Positions 15,316 to 24,778 of a DNA stretch of 64,000 nucleotides are shown here, piece by piece. Every line of letters starts with the position of its first letter. The stretch's first letter is position 1. Made by a program: the position numbers and the translations under genes. Source of the stretch: Puia sp. Lineage in GTDB: Bacteria; Bacteroidota; Bacteroidia; Chitinophagales; Chitinophagaceae. Below the pieces are notes generated by a model that was given only the letters and a program-made list of their open reading frames with translations, was not told the origin of the DNA and searched no databases. The stretch lies in the NCBI GenBank assembly GCA_035501475.1, contig DATJWE010000230.1, positions 595 to 64,594 of the forward strand, read 5' to 3'.

Positions 15316-18300
15316 TTGGAAGCGCTTGTGAAAAAGAATCTCTTCGCCTGGATTCTGCTTTTCCTATTGGCATCATCTTTCCATGATGCGATTGCACAGC
15401 AATACCCGCTTTTTTATTATACGCCCAACGAAGGGCTGATCAACAGCCGCGTCAGGAATATCAAGCAGGACAGCCGGGGAAGAATTTACTTTATTACGTA
15501 CGGCGGACTGAGCGTGTATGACGGAACGCGCTTTACCAATTATGGACAGCAGGAAGGACTGGCCAACGAACTGATCAACGATGTGGTTGAAGTAGCGCCG
15601 GATTCATTGCTGGTTGCCACAAATACACAAAAATTAAATACGCTGGTGAACGGAAGAATCGGTGTCTATGAGACAGCCGATCATTTTTGTCCGCTCATTA
15701 ACCGGATGGTTAAAAGCAACGATGGCCCTTGGTATGCTGCTTCCGACAATGGTTTTTTTGTTTTGGATCAACACAAATTCTCTCGGCTCCCCTTTATTGA
15801 CTCAACGGGGAATGATATCGGCGTTGATCTCGACAATTTCATCGAATACAAAAATTTCTTCCTGGTCTCGCCCTGGAGAACCGATCTGAAACAGAAACTA
15901 ATCCTTTACAACAAACAAACCCGTAAAATCACTTATGTGTATTCGGGTGAACAGGTTATCTCCATGATCCGGGATTCCCGTGGCAGGATCTGGGTCAGCC
16001 AGCCTGATGGAATCGGGTTGATCGACACGGTACAACTTGAAGCGGGAAAAATCAGTATCGTTGATCCGCCGGAAAAATATGCAGCATTTAAAAAAACAAA
16101 AAGCGTTTCTGTTTTCTTCGATTCAAAAAACAGTCTCTGGCTCTACAATGCAAGTATCGTCGAGAAAATCTCAGCCGATGCTGAAACGGAAGTAATTGCT
16201 ACAGGGAAATCCCTGAAGGCAGGATACCTGCTCAATCTCTTTGAGGACCGTGAGGGAATTATCTGGATGGCATCGGACGGAAACGGAGCAATCAAGCTCA
16301 ACAGCACCGGCCTGCAGTTTATCACTGAACTGGCTTCGGCACCCCTGTTTGCTTCGGCCATCCGCCTGGAAGCCGACACCACCTGGCTTTTCAATGCGAC
16401 AAACAACGCAGTGTACCGTATTTTTAAAGAACAGTTGAAATTTTTCCGCGTGGCGGAAAAAATGGTAAGGCCCGGCAATATTTATATTATCGGGGATAAA
16501 ATTTTTCTTAGCGACCAGAAAAAACTGATCTGCATTAGCGGCAAAAATGATCCTAACGCATATCAACATGCGAAAATTGTAGTGGAAGTTCGCGGGGAGA
16601 ATCAATCCTTTGGCGATGGCCTGGTGGATCAGTATGGTTCCATCATCCAGATCCTGGATAGCGCCTATAATTATTTTTTAGCGGTGATCCGGAACAACCG
16701 CCTGATCGCCAGGCTGCCAATTGCAGGCCCTCCGGATCACGTCGTGACAGATAAATCGGGAAAATTATGGTTGGTGACGCGCAACAGTCACCTGATGGTT
16801 TTTTCGATTCATCCTGATCAGCCCTCCCGTTATCTTGAATTGGAAAGAGACCTTGGCACAGAATTTCCACTTTCCAATCCGAGATCAATCTGCATCGATA
16901 CAAGCAACAATGTTTGGATCGGAACACGCTTTAACGGGGTGATGAAACTTCAGGTTGAAGGACAAAAAATACATTCGGTTACCCGGTTCTCCACAAAAGA
17001 GGGACTTACCGATAATTTTGTTTATGTGCTGCATTGTGATGAGGAAAATAATATTTGGGCAGGTACGCAAACAGGGATCGATAAAATATTTTTTAAGAAC
17101 GGACATTATGTGATCAGTAACCTGAGCAGGAGTAATAATTTTTTTCAGACGATCAGCAAAATAGTTTCAGGCAGAGATCAGACCACCTGGGTAATGACAT
17201 CTGAAGGCACAATGTTCAAAATCAGATCCGCTGAATCAAGGCTGCCATCTGCTCCGCCCGTGCTCATTAGCCTATTGAATGTAAATGGCAATGCCATTAA
17301 TCAACCCCTCAATCAGTTTTCCCACGCCGAAAACAATTTATTGTTCAATGTCGCCGCTCCTTCATTCACGGATGAGAAAGCTGTGCGTTACAGTTACCTG
17401 CTTAGTGGTAGTAGCAATAACAAATGGAGTGATCCGTCATCCAATGCCAGTCTGAATTTTATTAATCTGGGGCCTGGAAAATATACCTTGTTTGTCAAAG
17501 CCCGGTTTCCGGATGCTATGTATGAACCTCAGCAAAACAGTTTCTCTTTTATCATTAATCCGCCCTGGTGGCAAACCTGGTGGTTCCGGACGTGCATGAC
17601 CGTTATACTCGCAGTCATCGTCATAGTTGTAATCAGAACGTATGTGAAAAGAAAACTGGTTAAACAACAGGCCATCCTCGAAAAACAACAGGCCATTCAA
17701 AAAGAGAGGACAAGAATTGCCACGGATATGCATGATGATCTGGGTGCAGGGCTTTCTTCCATCCGTTTCCTGTCGGAAAAGGTCAGACGAAATACATTTA
17801 GTGATATCACAAAAAATGATATTGATAAAATATTGGGCTCTTCCGAAGACCTGATCGACAAGATGAATGAAATCGTTTGGGCCATGAATGAAAAGAATGA
17901 TACGCTGGCCGATCTGCTGACTTATATCCGTTCCTACGCTAAAGAATATTGCGAGGAAAATGAAGTCAGGTGTGAAATCAAATTACCTGAAAACGTTCCC
18001 CATGTTTTTGTGAGCGGCGAGATAAGAAGAAATATTTTTCTCACCATCAAAGAAAGCCTCCACAACATTATTAAACATGCTGCAGCTTCTAAAACAGAAA
18101 TCGAATTTCATCTTAACTCCGGTCTCTCTGCCATAATCAGGGATAACGGCAAAGGTTTCGACATAAGCAAAATAAAAAAGGAAACAGAAGGAAATGGATT
18201 AAAAAATATGCGGAAAAGAATTGAATCCATCGGTGGTCATTTTGAAATATCCAACGGTCACGGTACTGTAATTGAAATCACGGTTCCGCTCTCATTATAA
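15316..18300 (+). CDS. Periplasmic propeller/Y_Y_Y sensor histidine kinase (HisKA_3 type), cassette B
   Basis: Same architecture as 4512-7475: VRYSYLLSGSSNNKWSD...GKYTLFVKA, WWQTWWFRTCMTVILAVIVIVVI, RTRIATDMHDDLGAGL, GNGLKNMRKRIESIGGHF. There is no ATG near the 5' end. The start is either TTG at 15316 or GTG at 15328 (VKKNLFAWILLFLLA). Confidence 0.9.
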   Translation: MEALVKKNLFAWILLFLLASSFHDAIAQQYPLFYYTPNEGLINSRVRNIKQDSRGRIYFITYGGLSVYDGTRFTNYGQQEGLANELINDVVEVAPDSLLVATNTQKLNTLVNGRIGVYETADHFCPLINRMVKSNDGPWYAASDNGFFVLDQHKFSRLPFIDSTGNDIGVDLDNFIEYKNFFLVSPWRTDLKQKLILYNKQTRKITYVYSGEQVISMIRDSRGRIWVSQPDGIGLIDTVQLEAGKISIVDPPEKYAAFKKTKSVSVFFDSKNSLWLYNASIVEKISADAETEVIATGKSLKAGYLLNLFEDREGIIWMASDGNGAIKLNSTGLQFITELASAPLFASAIRLEADTTWLFNATNNAVYRIFKEQLKFFRVAEKMVRPGNIYIIGDKIFLSDQKKLICISGKNDPNAYQHAKIVVEVRGENQSFGDGLVDQYGSIIQILDSAYNYFLAVIRNNRLIARLPIAGPPDHVVTDKSGKLWLVTRNSHLMVFSIHPDQPSRYLELERDLGTEFPLSNPRSICIDTSNNVWIGTRFNGVMKLQVEGQKIHSVTRFSTKEGLTDNFVYVLHCDEENNIWAGTQTGIDKIFFKNGHYVISNLSRSNNFFQTISKIVSGRDQTTWVMTSEGTMFKIRSAESRLPSAPPVLISLLNVNGNAINQPLNQFSHAENNLLFNVAAPSFTDEKAVRYSYLLSGSSNNKWSDPSSNASLNFINLGPGKYTLFVKARFPDAMYEPQQNSFSFIINPPWWQTWWFRTCMTVILAVIVIVVIRTYVKRKLVKQQAILEKQQAIQKERTRIATDMHDDLGAGLSSIRFLSEKVRRNTFSDITKNDIDKILGSSEDLIDKMNEIVWAMNEKNDTLADLLTYIRSYAKEYCEENEVRCEIKLPENVPHVFVSGEIRRNIFLTIKESLHNIIKHAAASKTEIEFHLNSGLSAIIRDNGKGFDISKIKKETEGNGLKNMRKRIESIGGHFEISNGHGTVIEITVPLSL

Positions 18301-18314
18301 CTTTAGTTATATTG
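18298..18314 (+). promoter_or_regulatory. Cassette promoter-like motif TAACTTTAGTTATATTG upstream of regulator B
   Basis: It overlaps the kinase B stop codon and lies 31 nt before the ATG at 18346. Confidence 0.45.
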
Positions 18315-18345
18315 TCATCTTTTCGTGGTAGCGTAAATTTATGCA

Positions 18346-18975
18346 ATGCAACCGATCAAAGTTTGTCTGGTAGAAGATGCTAAAGAAATACGTGAAGGCA
18401 TGATCAGCCTGCTGACTTTGGATCAGCGTTTTGAAGTGCTTGCAGCGTATACGGATGCTGAAGCAGCAGCAGAACATTTGCCTGACTGGAATGCAGACAT
18501 TGTGGTCATGGATATCAATCTGCCGGGAATGAGCGGCATTGAATGCATCAAAAAAGTAAAACGACAATGTCCCCATTCACAATTCATCATGTTCACGATT
18601 TATGAAGATGACGAAAAAGTGTTTGATGCGCTGGAAGCCGGAGCCAATGGCTATCTCCTGAAGAAAACGCCCCTTGCGAAAATCACCGATTCCCTGGTAG
18701 AGCTTTACGAAGGAGGAGCGCCGATGAGCACACAGATCGCGAGGAAAGTGATTGAAAAAATGCACATCGAGAATTTGGAAGACGACAAAAATATTTTATC
18801 TCCCCGCGAAAATGAAATCATTCAACTGCTTGCCAAAGGATTACTCTACAAAGAAATTTCGGAACAGCTTAATATCACCACAGGAACGGTTCGCCAGCAT
18901 ATTCACCGTATCTACGAAAAGCTACACGTTCAAAACCGCACCGAAGCCATCAATAAGGCTTTCGGGAATAAATAA
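18346..18975 (+). CDS. NarL/LuxR-family response regulator, cassette B
   Basis: About 70% identical to regulator A by my hand count. It has a receiver plus GerE HTH (LSPRENEIIQLLAKGLLYKEISEQLNITTGTVRQHIHRIYEKLHV). Confidence 0.95.
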   Translation: MQPIKVCLVEDAKEIREGMISLLTLDQRFEVLAAYTDAEAAAEHLPDWNADIVVMDINLPGMSGIECIKKVKRQCPHSQFIMFTIYEDDEKVFDALEAGANGYLLKKTPLAKITDSLVELYEGGAPMSTQIARKVIEKMHIENLEDDKNILSPRENEIIQLLAKGLLYKEISEQLNITTGTVRQHIHRIYEKLHVQNRTEAINKAFGNK

Positions 18976-19019
18976 CCAATAGTTTCACCCCAACCCTATT
19001 TCTTTCTCAAATCCGATGG

Positions 19020-19036
19020 TAACCTTTGTTATATTG
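19020..19036 (+). promoter_or_regulatory. Cassette promoter-like motif TAACCTTTGTTATATTG upstream of lipoprotein B
   Basis: A copy of the shared 17-nt motif, 44 nt before the ATG at 19081. Confidence 0.45.
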
Positions 19037-19080
19037 ACTCGCTTTTTTTCATCCAGTAGCTTTATCGGAAATTTTTTAAG

Positions 19081-20502
19081 ATGAAAAAAATCATAACCAT
19101 TACCATTACCTTATCCCTGATTTTATTTGTGCTCTGTTGTAAAAAAACAGACCTTCTTCCTTCGGGCAATAACAACAACAACAACAACAATAACAACAAT
19201 AATAATGTAACCCCTACTGCCACTGCTACCGGCACTCCGACCGGCCCGGCAATAAGCAAGTTCATACCATCCGGTGGCGGAAGCATTGCTACTGCCGATG
19301 GGAGGGTTGAGCTCGATTTTCCGAATGGTGCATTGCCTAATGGCGATACCATTACCATTCAAAATATTACGAACAATGGGCCCAATGGCCTGGGAGACGC
19401 CTATCGCTTTTTGCCTGAAGGATTAACATTCGCTAATCCTGTGACTGTAAAATTTCATTACGCAGACAGTGATGTTAATGGCACTATTCCCCAGTTGCTT
19501 GACATAGCATACCAGGAAGCGTCAGGCATATGGAAAGTAGCAGGAACCGCTTCTCTGGATGAATCATCGAACACTGTTAGCGTAACAACAACCCATTTTA
19601 CTGATTGGAATATTTTTACCAATTTACAAATCGAACCTGCTGACCCTATCAACCTTATTGGAGGAAACGAACTCAGGATAAATAAGACACAGGCATTTGA
19701 AATAAAGTACGTTGCTTCAACGAATGATGATGAGTTATCCGCTCCAAAGTCAGGTTCTACTACCTACAGCTCTGTTTCGTCTGAAATTGTAAACAATTGG
19801 TTAGTAAATAACCAGATCAACGGAAGCACAACATACGGAAAGATAGTCCCCGACAACACTATGAGTAGCGGATATGCTTCATGTACTTACACAGCCCCCG
19901 CACAAGTCCCGCCTTCCCAAAACCCAGTTACCATAAGTGTAAAGCTGCAGAATTTAGGTTATATCGATAGTCGTGTCGGTGCTTTCACTAATCTTTCATT
20001 GACCCGCTCGGTAAAAATCATAGGTAATGACTACACATATAATATTGTAATGAATTATGAAAATAACGAAGTTGATGGTGGCCTTCTAGGCTATCCATTT
20101 ACAGAAACGGATAAGGCTACGTTTACTGTAGTTGTAAAAAATGGAACTGATGTATCAATTACAAATATCGATAATTCGGCTTCCAGCGTAACACCAGGTA
20201 TGCAAACGGACGCTTTCAGCGGTCTCACCAGCACATTGGTCGATCCCGGTGAGCAATGGTTTGTTAGTTCAGGTTCGGGAGTAGTGTATAGTTTCCTTAA
20301 TCCACCAGCTGTCAACCTTACGATTAATTTTGATGTTAGCAAAGAGAAAGAACCAACATTTAATCGCAGTGATGGCGTATCCATTGGAGGTTATCCCATT
20401 GGCCTTGCACAACAGAGTTTCTCTTTTACGTTAAATGACAGCACACAAACATATACAGGAGATATTACATGGAATGCAACTGTAACGCCTGTCAGTCATT
20501 AA
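19081..20502 (+). CDS. Probable lipoprotein with a poly-Asn linker and a ZU5-like domain ending in HFTD (function unknown), cassette B
   Basis: Signal MKKIITITITLSLILFVLCC followed by N13. IPSGGGSIATADGRVELDFPNGAL...YRFLPEGLTFANPVTVKFHY...IAYQ...TTTHFTDWNIF aligns with 12996-14441. Confidence 0.75.
   Translation: MKKIITITITLSLILFVLCCKKTDLLPSGNNNNNNNNNNNNNVTPTATATGTPTGPAISKFIPSGGGSIATADGRVELDFPNGALPNGDTITIQNITNNGPNGLGDAYRFLPEGLTFANPVTVKFHYADSDVNGTIPQLLDIAYQEASGIWKVAGTASLDESSNTVSVTTTHFTDWNIFTNLQIEPADPINLIGGNELRINKTQAFEIKYVASTNDDELSAPKSGSTTYSSVSSEIVNNWLVNNQINGSTTYGKIVPDNTMSSGYASCTYTAPAQVPPSQNPVTISVKLQNLGYIDSRVGAFTNLSLTRSVKIIGNDYTYNIVMNYENNEVDGGLLGYPFTETDKATFTVVVKNGTDVSITNIDNSASSVTPGMQTDAFSGLTSTLVDPGEQWFVSSGSGVVYSFLNPPAVNLTINFDVSKEKEPTFNRSDGVSIGGYPIGLAQQSFSFTLNDSTQTYTGDITWNATVTPVSH
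19168..19206 (+). repeat. AAC/AAT trinucleotide tract encoding 13 consecutive Asn
   Basis: The sequence is aat(aac)6aat(aac)2(aat)3, in frame within 19081-20502. Confidence 0.95.
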
Positions 20503-20647
20503 TTATCCGGCAGGTATTTTAGGTTTTGAAAATTAATAAAACCATTTTTAAAATCTGCTGGTTCATCAACTTTTAATTAAAAACGGGCCGTACCCTTTCT
20601 CCAAATACAATTCTTTGAAAATTTCAATTTTTCGAAAAAGCAGATGA

Positions 20648-20664
20648 TAACTTTTGTTCTATTG
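20648..20664 (+). promoter_or_regulatory. Cassette promoter-like motif TAACTTTTGTTCTATTG upstream of the TPR protein B gene
   Basis: A copy of the shared 17-nt motif. Confidence 0.45.
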
Positions 20665-20775
20665 TGATTCTTCATAGCAGAATCTATTTTTATCAGGGCT
20701 GAATATCCAAATGAAATCGACCAGCAAACTCTCCCGTGATCTTTTTAACTACGAATGCTAAAAAACAAAGAAGGC

Positions 20776-22869
20776 ATGAAACGAAATTGTTTTCTCCTGC
20801 TGCTGGTTTCTTCCTGTTTTGTTATGGGGCAATCATCTCCTTCGCAGGCCGATCTAGAAAAAATTCAAAGGGAGGCGCAGCAAAAAGCAGAGGCAATAAA
20901 GAACGACCCAAAGTATAAGCAATACCTTGATAAATCCAATACATCTAGCACTGACCAACAACCGCAGATAACGCAGATGAATATTCCTGCCAACCCTTTT
21001 TCTCTTCAGAAACCGGATACGGCATTTTTATCAAAAATGAAAACACCGGAAAAAAACCTGAAGGCATTGGCATCGATTCCCGCAAAACCCATGTCGAAAG
21101 CAGATCTAAAACTCTTTCTATCAGATATAAAAAAGAAATTAGCCCCTGTCGTGCAAAGCAGCTATGGAACGAAACCACTCAACACTTCCGGCAAATCTGC
21201 CGCTTCCATTTCCGGCGAAGCGGTATTGTCATTTTATGCTGGTAAGCCCGAATATGCATTACTGTTAGGAATGGAATCCGTATCTCTCGACCCTGAAAAT
21301 GAAAATGCACTCAACAATTATGCGGCCATTCTGGGTCTTTGTGGTTTTCCATATAAAGCTGTTCCCATCCTGGATTATCTCAAACAGCAGGAGCCGGATA
21401 ATTCAACCGTCAATAATAACCTGGGGCAGGCCTATTTCCTGATGGGTGAGGTGGCAAAAGCTGCTGATTACCTCAGGCAGGCTGTTGCAGTAACACCTTA
21501 TCATCCAAATGCAAATATGTCACTCGCTTACCTCGCTTATATTAATGGCGATCAAACTGCGGCTGTACAATACTGTGAGAACTGTTTGCGCGGTGGATTT
21601 ATCAGTCACGCGTGGAATATGCTCAAATCGATCAAACCGGATGTGAAACTAATGGATTATATCAGGCATCGTTACAAGCAACCTGAAACTTTTAATGAGC
21701 ATAAGTATGAATTATTGCCCCAATGCCGCACAACAGACGAAGTGCCGAAGTTGCGTGCCCTTTACCAGGATTACCATACCATGCTCATGAGGCTGCAGGC
21801 CAAATACGAAAAAATGGCCAATGAAGAAGGAAAGATCTCAGCGCAAAACATCCAAAACAATATCATGCAAAAAGTCAAAAACGGTGGCGACCCGATGCGG
21901 CCTTTCGGCTGGTTTGCGAATATTGTGCTGGGTGATATTAGTAAAACACACGCGGAAAAACTGCTTGAAATGGACAAATATGATAAGCAGTTCGAGGCGA
22001 GACTCAAGGAACTGAATGATGCATATGAAGCAAAGAAAAAGGAAGTGAATGACAAATATGGCATATCTGACGATGGAGAAGGCGCTGCCAATACGGATAA
22101 TTCAGCCGCACGCTGCAATGCACTGAATGAACTCAACAATAGTTATCTGCCCGAATTTGCAGATTTGAGAGAAGCCTGGCAAAAAAAATGGATTTATGAA
22201 GAAAGAGATTATTTTAATGATGCTTCTTTCTGGTGTTATGTGGCTTCACTCGATGATCACCAATACCGGAAAGATTTTTATCAGCTGGTCAGTGAGTACC
22301 TGGGCCTGATGATAAAACTCAATCATACGCGCCTCATTGCATGCATTCACCGCAACAGTGATACAACGCACAAAAGACTAGATTCATTACAGTTCCAGGA
22401 AGGCAAATGCCCACTTGCAGCAAAAATTCCCATCGAGCAGATAAAATCGAGCATTAGCCTTAATTGTGAAAAAATAGGATTGGATGCGGAGATCGGAGAA
22501 GGGGTATCATTGGTAGCCACTCATTCTTTTGGCGGTTCCACAACACTTGCATTGGAAGCCGGCGTTCCTTTAATTCCTAAAGTGTTAAGCGGATCCATGC
22601 AATTCTATATCACTTTTGGCGGGGGAGCCCCGATGGATATCGGCGTGAAATGGGAAGCAGAGATGAAATTACCAGAGGCCCTGGGTGGTACCAATTCGGC
22701 GGGCTGGGGGCTGGGACTGAATTCCGGTGTTACTTTTACCGGAGAGGGTAAAATCCAGGCTGCATCTTCTAACTGGATTCAACAAAATGTTTTTGGATTG
22801 GATCCGCCGGCACCGCAAATCAATCCCAATGTTAAAATGTACAATTCCGGTAACAGTAGTGAAAAATAA
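20776..22869 (+). CDS. Exported TPR / coiled-coil protein with a Cys-bracketed beta-rich C-terminal domain (function unknown), cassette B
   Basis: Signal MKRNCFLLLLVSSCFVMGQ at ATG 20776 (the ORF opens at 20755). TPR units NNLGQAYFLMGEVAKAADYLRQAVAVTPYHPNANMSLAYLAYINGDQTAAVQYCENCL. C-terminal CPLAAKI...LNCEKIGL...NPNVKMYN. It is a paralog of 8366-10387. Confidence 0.8.
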   Translation: MKRNCFLLLLVSSCFVMGQSSPSQADLEKIQREAQQKAEAIKNDPKYKQYLDKSNTSSTDQQPQITQMNIPANPFSLQKPDTAFLSKMKTPEKNLKALASIPAKPMSKADLKLFLSDIKKKLAPVVQSSYGTKPLNTSGKSAASISGEAVLSFYAGKPEYALLLGMESVSLDPENENALNNYAAILGLCGFPYKAVPILDYLKQQEPDNSTVNNNLGQAYFLMGEVAKAADYLRQAVAVTPYHPNANMSLAYLAYINGDQTAAVQYCENCLRGGFISHAWNMLKSIKPDVKLMDYIRHRYKQPETFNEHKYELLPQCRTTDEVPKLRALYQDYHTMLMRLQAKYEKMANEEGKISAQNIQNNIMQKVKNGGDPMRPFGWFANIVLGDISKTHAEKLLEMDKYDKQFEARLKELNDAYEAKKKEVNDKYGISDDGEGAANTDNSAARCNALNELNNSYLPEFADLREAWQKKWIYEERDYFNDASFWCYVASLDDHQYRKDFYQLVSEYLGLMIKLNHTRLIACIHRNSDTTHKRLDSLQFQEGKCPLAAKIPIEQIKSSISLNCEKIGLDAEIGEGVSLVATHSFGGSTTLALEAGVPLIPKVLSGSMQFYITFGGGAPMDIGVKWEAEMKLPEALGGTNSAGWGLGLNSGVTFTGEGKIQAASSNWIQQNVFGLDPPAPQINPNVKMYNSGNSSEK

Positions 22870-22874
22870 CGGCA

Positions 22875-23951
22875 ATGTATATACTAATTTATTCAAAAAA
22901 AAACCTAATCATCGTTTTCCTATTTGCCGGTTATTCTATGATCGCGCAAAGCAGTTCCAGGCAAGCTGTATACTATCCGAATGCTGTAGTAATGGATAGC
23001 AAAAATAATTTGTATGTCAGTTGTAATTCACAGCAGCCCGACATTGTAAAAATTACACCTGATGGCCAGTCAACGGAGCTTATCTCTACAGTATTGTACC
23101 GGCACAGACCATCGCAAAAATGGGCATCCATCGATTTGTTCACTCCCGCAGGCATGGCCATTGATGAGGATGATACTATTTATATAGCAGACAAGGGAGC
23201 AGGAGATATATTGAAGGTTTCACCGGATGGGAAGGTTACCATTCTTGCAGGATATAAGGGCCACGTGATCAAAGACGGTCCGCTCTCCATTGCGTCTTTT
23301 AAAAGACCTTTTTTTATAGCGATTGACCGTAAAAAAAATATTTATGTAAGCGATGAAGGCGGTGACGAGAGAACGAACACCGAATATGGAGTAATCCGAA
23401 AAATTTCAGCCCGGGGTGAAGTGACCACACTGAAAGATCCTGCCAGCACTGAACTACATTTTGATGCAGCGGGTATGGTTTGTGATAAGGATGGAAATCT
23501 TTTTGTGTGTGACAGGACTGGCCGCTGCATAAAAAAAATTACGCCGGATGGAGATGTTTCTATATTGGGTGGACTTTGTGGAAAAAGAAAGACCGATCCC
23601 ATTTATAAGGAAGGAGATATTCAGACCGCAGAGTTTATGGAGCCATGGTACATTGCCTTGGACAAAGAAGGCCGGATTTATTTTTCCGATATACGGGTGA
23701 ACAGGATTATTAAATTAGCAGATAAAAAAATATCTACGGTAGCCGGTAATAGCAGGATTGACATGCAGCACAGCAATATCCAGGGATATTCTGAAGCCGG
23801 TTATGCAGATGGGCCAGCAAAGACAGCGCTCTTTAACGAACCCCTGGGAATTGTTTTCGATAAAAATGGGAACCTGCTCATTGCAGACGGGATGAACCAT
23901 TGCATCCGCAAACTTTCAAATGATGGGATGGTAAGCACATATTATAAATAG
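22875..23951 (+). CDS. Exported NHL-repeat beta-propeller protein
   Basis: About six repeats of the form PAGMAIDEDDTIYIADKGAGDILKVSPDGKV and PLGIVFDKNGNLLIADGMNHCIRKLSNDGMV. It has a signal peptide and a 5-nt gap to the upstream gene. Confidence 0.85.
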   Translation: MYILIYSKKNLIIVFLFAGYSMIAQSSSRQAVYYPNAVVMDSKNNLYVSCNSQQPDIVKITPDGQSTELISTVLYRHRPSQKWASIDLFTPAGMAIDEDDTIYIADKGAGDILKVSPDGKVTILAGYKGHVIKDGPLSIASFKRPFFIAIDRKKNIYVSDEGGDERTNTEYGVIRKISARGEVTTLKDPASTELHFDAAGMVCDKDGNLFVCDRTGRCIKKITPDGDVSILGGLCGKRKTDPIYKEGDIQTAEFMEPWYIALDKEGRIYFSDIRVNRIIKLADKKISTVAGNSRIDMQHSNIQGYSEAGYADGPAKTALFNEPLGIVFDKNGNLLIADGMNHCIRKLSNDGMVSTYYK

Positions 23952-24020
23952 AAAGGCTTTGTGCAGTTAAGGTATAATTTCCTTGTGGTTCCTTGCCATC
24001 AGGCCCGAATTTTTGCCCTT

Positions 24021-24037
24021 TAACTTTCGTTATATTG
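24021..24037 (+). promoter_or_regulatory. Cassette promoter-like motif TAACTTTCGTTATATTG upstream of OM barrel B
   Basis: A copy of the shared 17-nt motif, 36 nt before the ATG at 24074. Confidence 0.45.
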
Positions 24038-24073
24038 ACTGGACTGATTATTTGTTTTAACTTTTAGAAAAAA

Positions 24074-24760
24074 ATGAAAAACACCCTCTTCCTGGCAATT
24101 ATACTTTTGGTATCATGGCAAATCAGCATGGCCCAGCACGGAACTGACAGCACAAAAAATAAAAAACCACCCACGCAACATCATTCGATCGGAATCGGCC
24201 TGAAAGCGGGACTTAACTTCGCCAATGTAACGAATGCTTCGTCCATCAATAGCAGCCATGAAACAGGTTTTCATGCAGGAATAATATATGCTCCTCAATC
24301 CAAATCCATTATCGGTTCTTCTACTGAATTACTTTTTTCGAGACAGGGTTATAACTATGACTCGGGAACCAATACCGGAACAGTAAACCTGGATTATATT
24401 ATATTCCAACAGCTCATGGTCATTAACATTACCAAATTCGTCGCGATACAGCTGGGAGCCCAGTTTGCCTATCTCATCAATGCCAAGGTAGATAGCAGCA
24501 ACCAATACAATACAGGCAATGCTACAGCCAACGAGATCCTGAGTTATTATAACCGGTATGACTATGGCTTTGGCGCAGGTGTGGAAGTCCATCCTGTCAT
24601 GGGCCTGCTGGTTGGAGCGAGGTATAATATCAGTCTGAACAACCTGTATAAATCGCCGACTTCTTTTCCTTCAGGCGGTGTGCCTTCTTTTATTCCGAAT
24701 ACCAGTAGCATCAATCTGAAAAATAACCTGATCCAGATTTATGCGGGCTGGCGGTTCTGA
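24074..24760 (+). CDS. Small outer-membrane beta-barrel (porin-family / OMP_b-brl_2-like), cassette B
   Basis: IGLKAGLNFANVT...GARYNISLNNLY...IQIYAGWRF. It is a paralog of 14482-15141. Confidence 0.8.
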   Translation: MKNTLFLAIILLVSWQISMAQHGTDSTKNKKPPTQHHSIGIGLKAGLNFANVTNASSINSSHETGFHAGIIYAPQSKSIIGSSTELLFSRQGYNYDSGTNTGTVNLDYIIFQQLMVINITKFVAIQLGAQFAYLINAKVDSSNQYNTGNATANEILSYYNRYDYGFGAGVEVHPVMGLLVGARYNISLNNLYKSPTSFPSGGVPSFIPNTSSINLKNNLIQIYAGWRF

Positions 24761-24778
24761 CTTATAAAACCATCAGTT

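Noticed and set aside
15198-15386. A 62-aa ATG ORF overlapping the 5' end of kinase B.
   Set aside because: It is out of frame with a kinase whose N-terminus aligns with its paralog. At most it is a uORF; I mention it in a finding but do not call it as a gene.
19062-19358. A minus-strand ORF with a poly-Leu run (LLLLLLLLLLL), which could be mistaken for a membrane peptide.
   Set aside because: It is the reverse-complement reading of the AAC/AAT poly-Asn tract inside the lipoprotein B gene.
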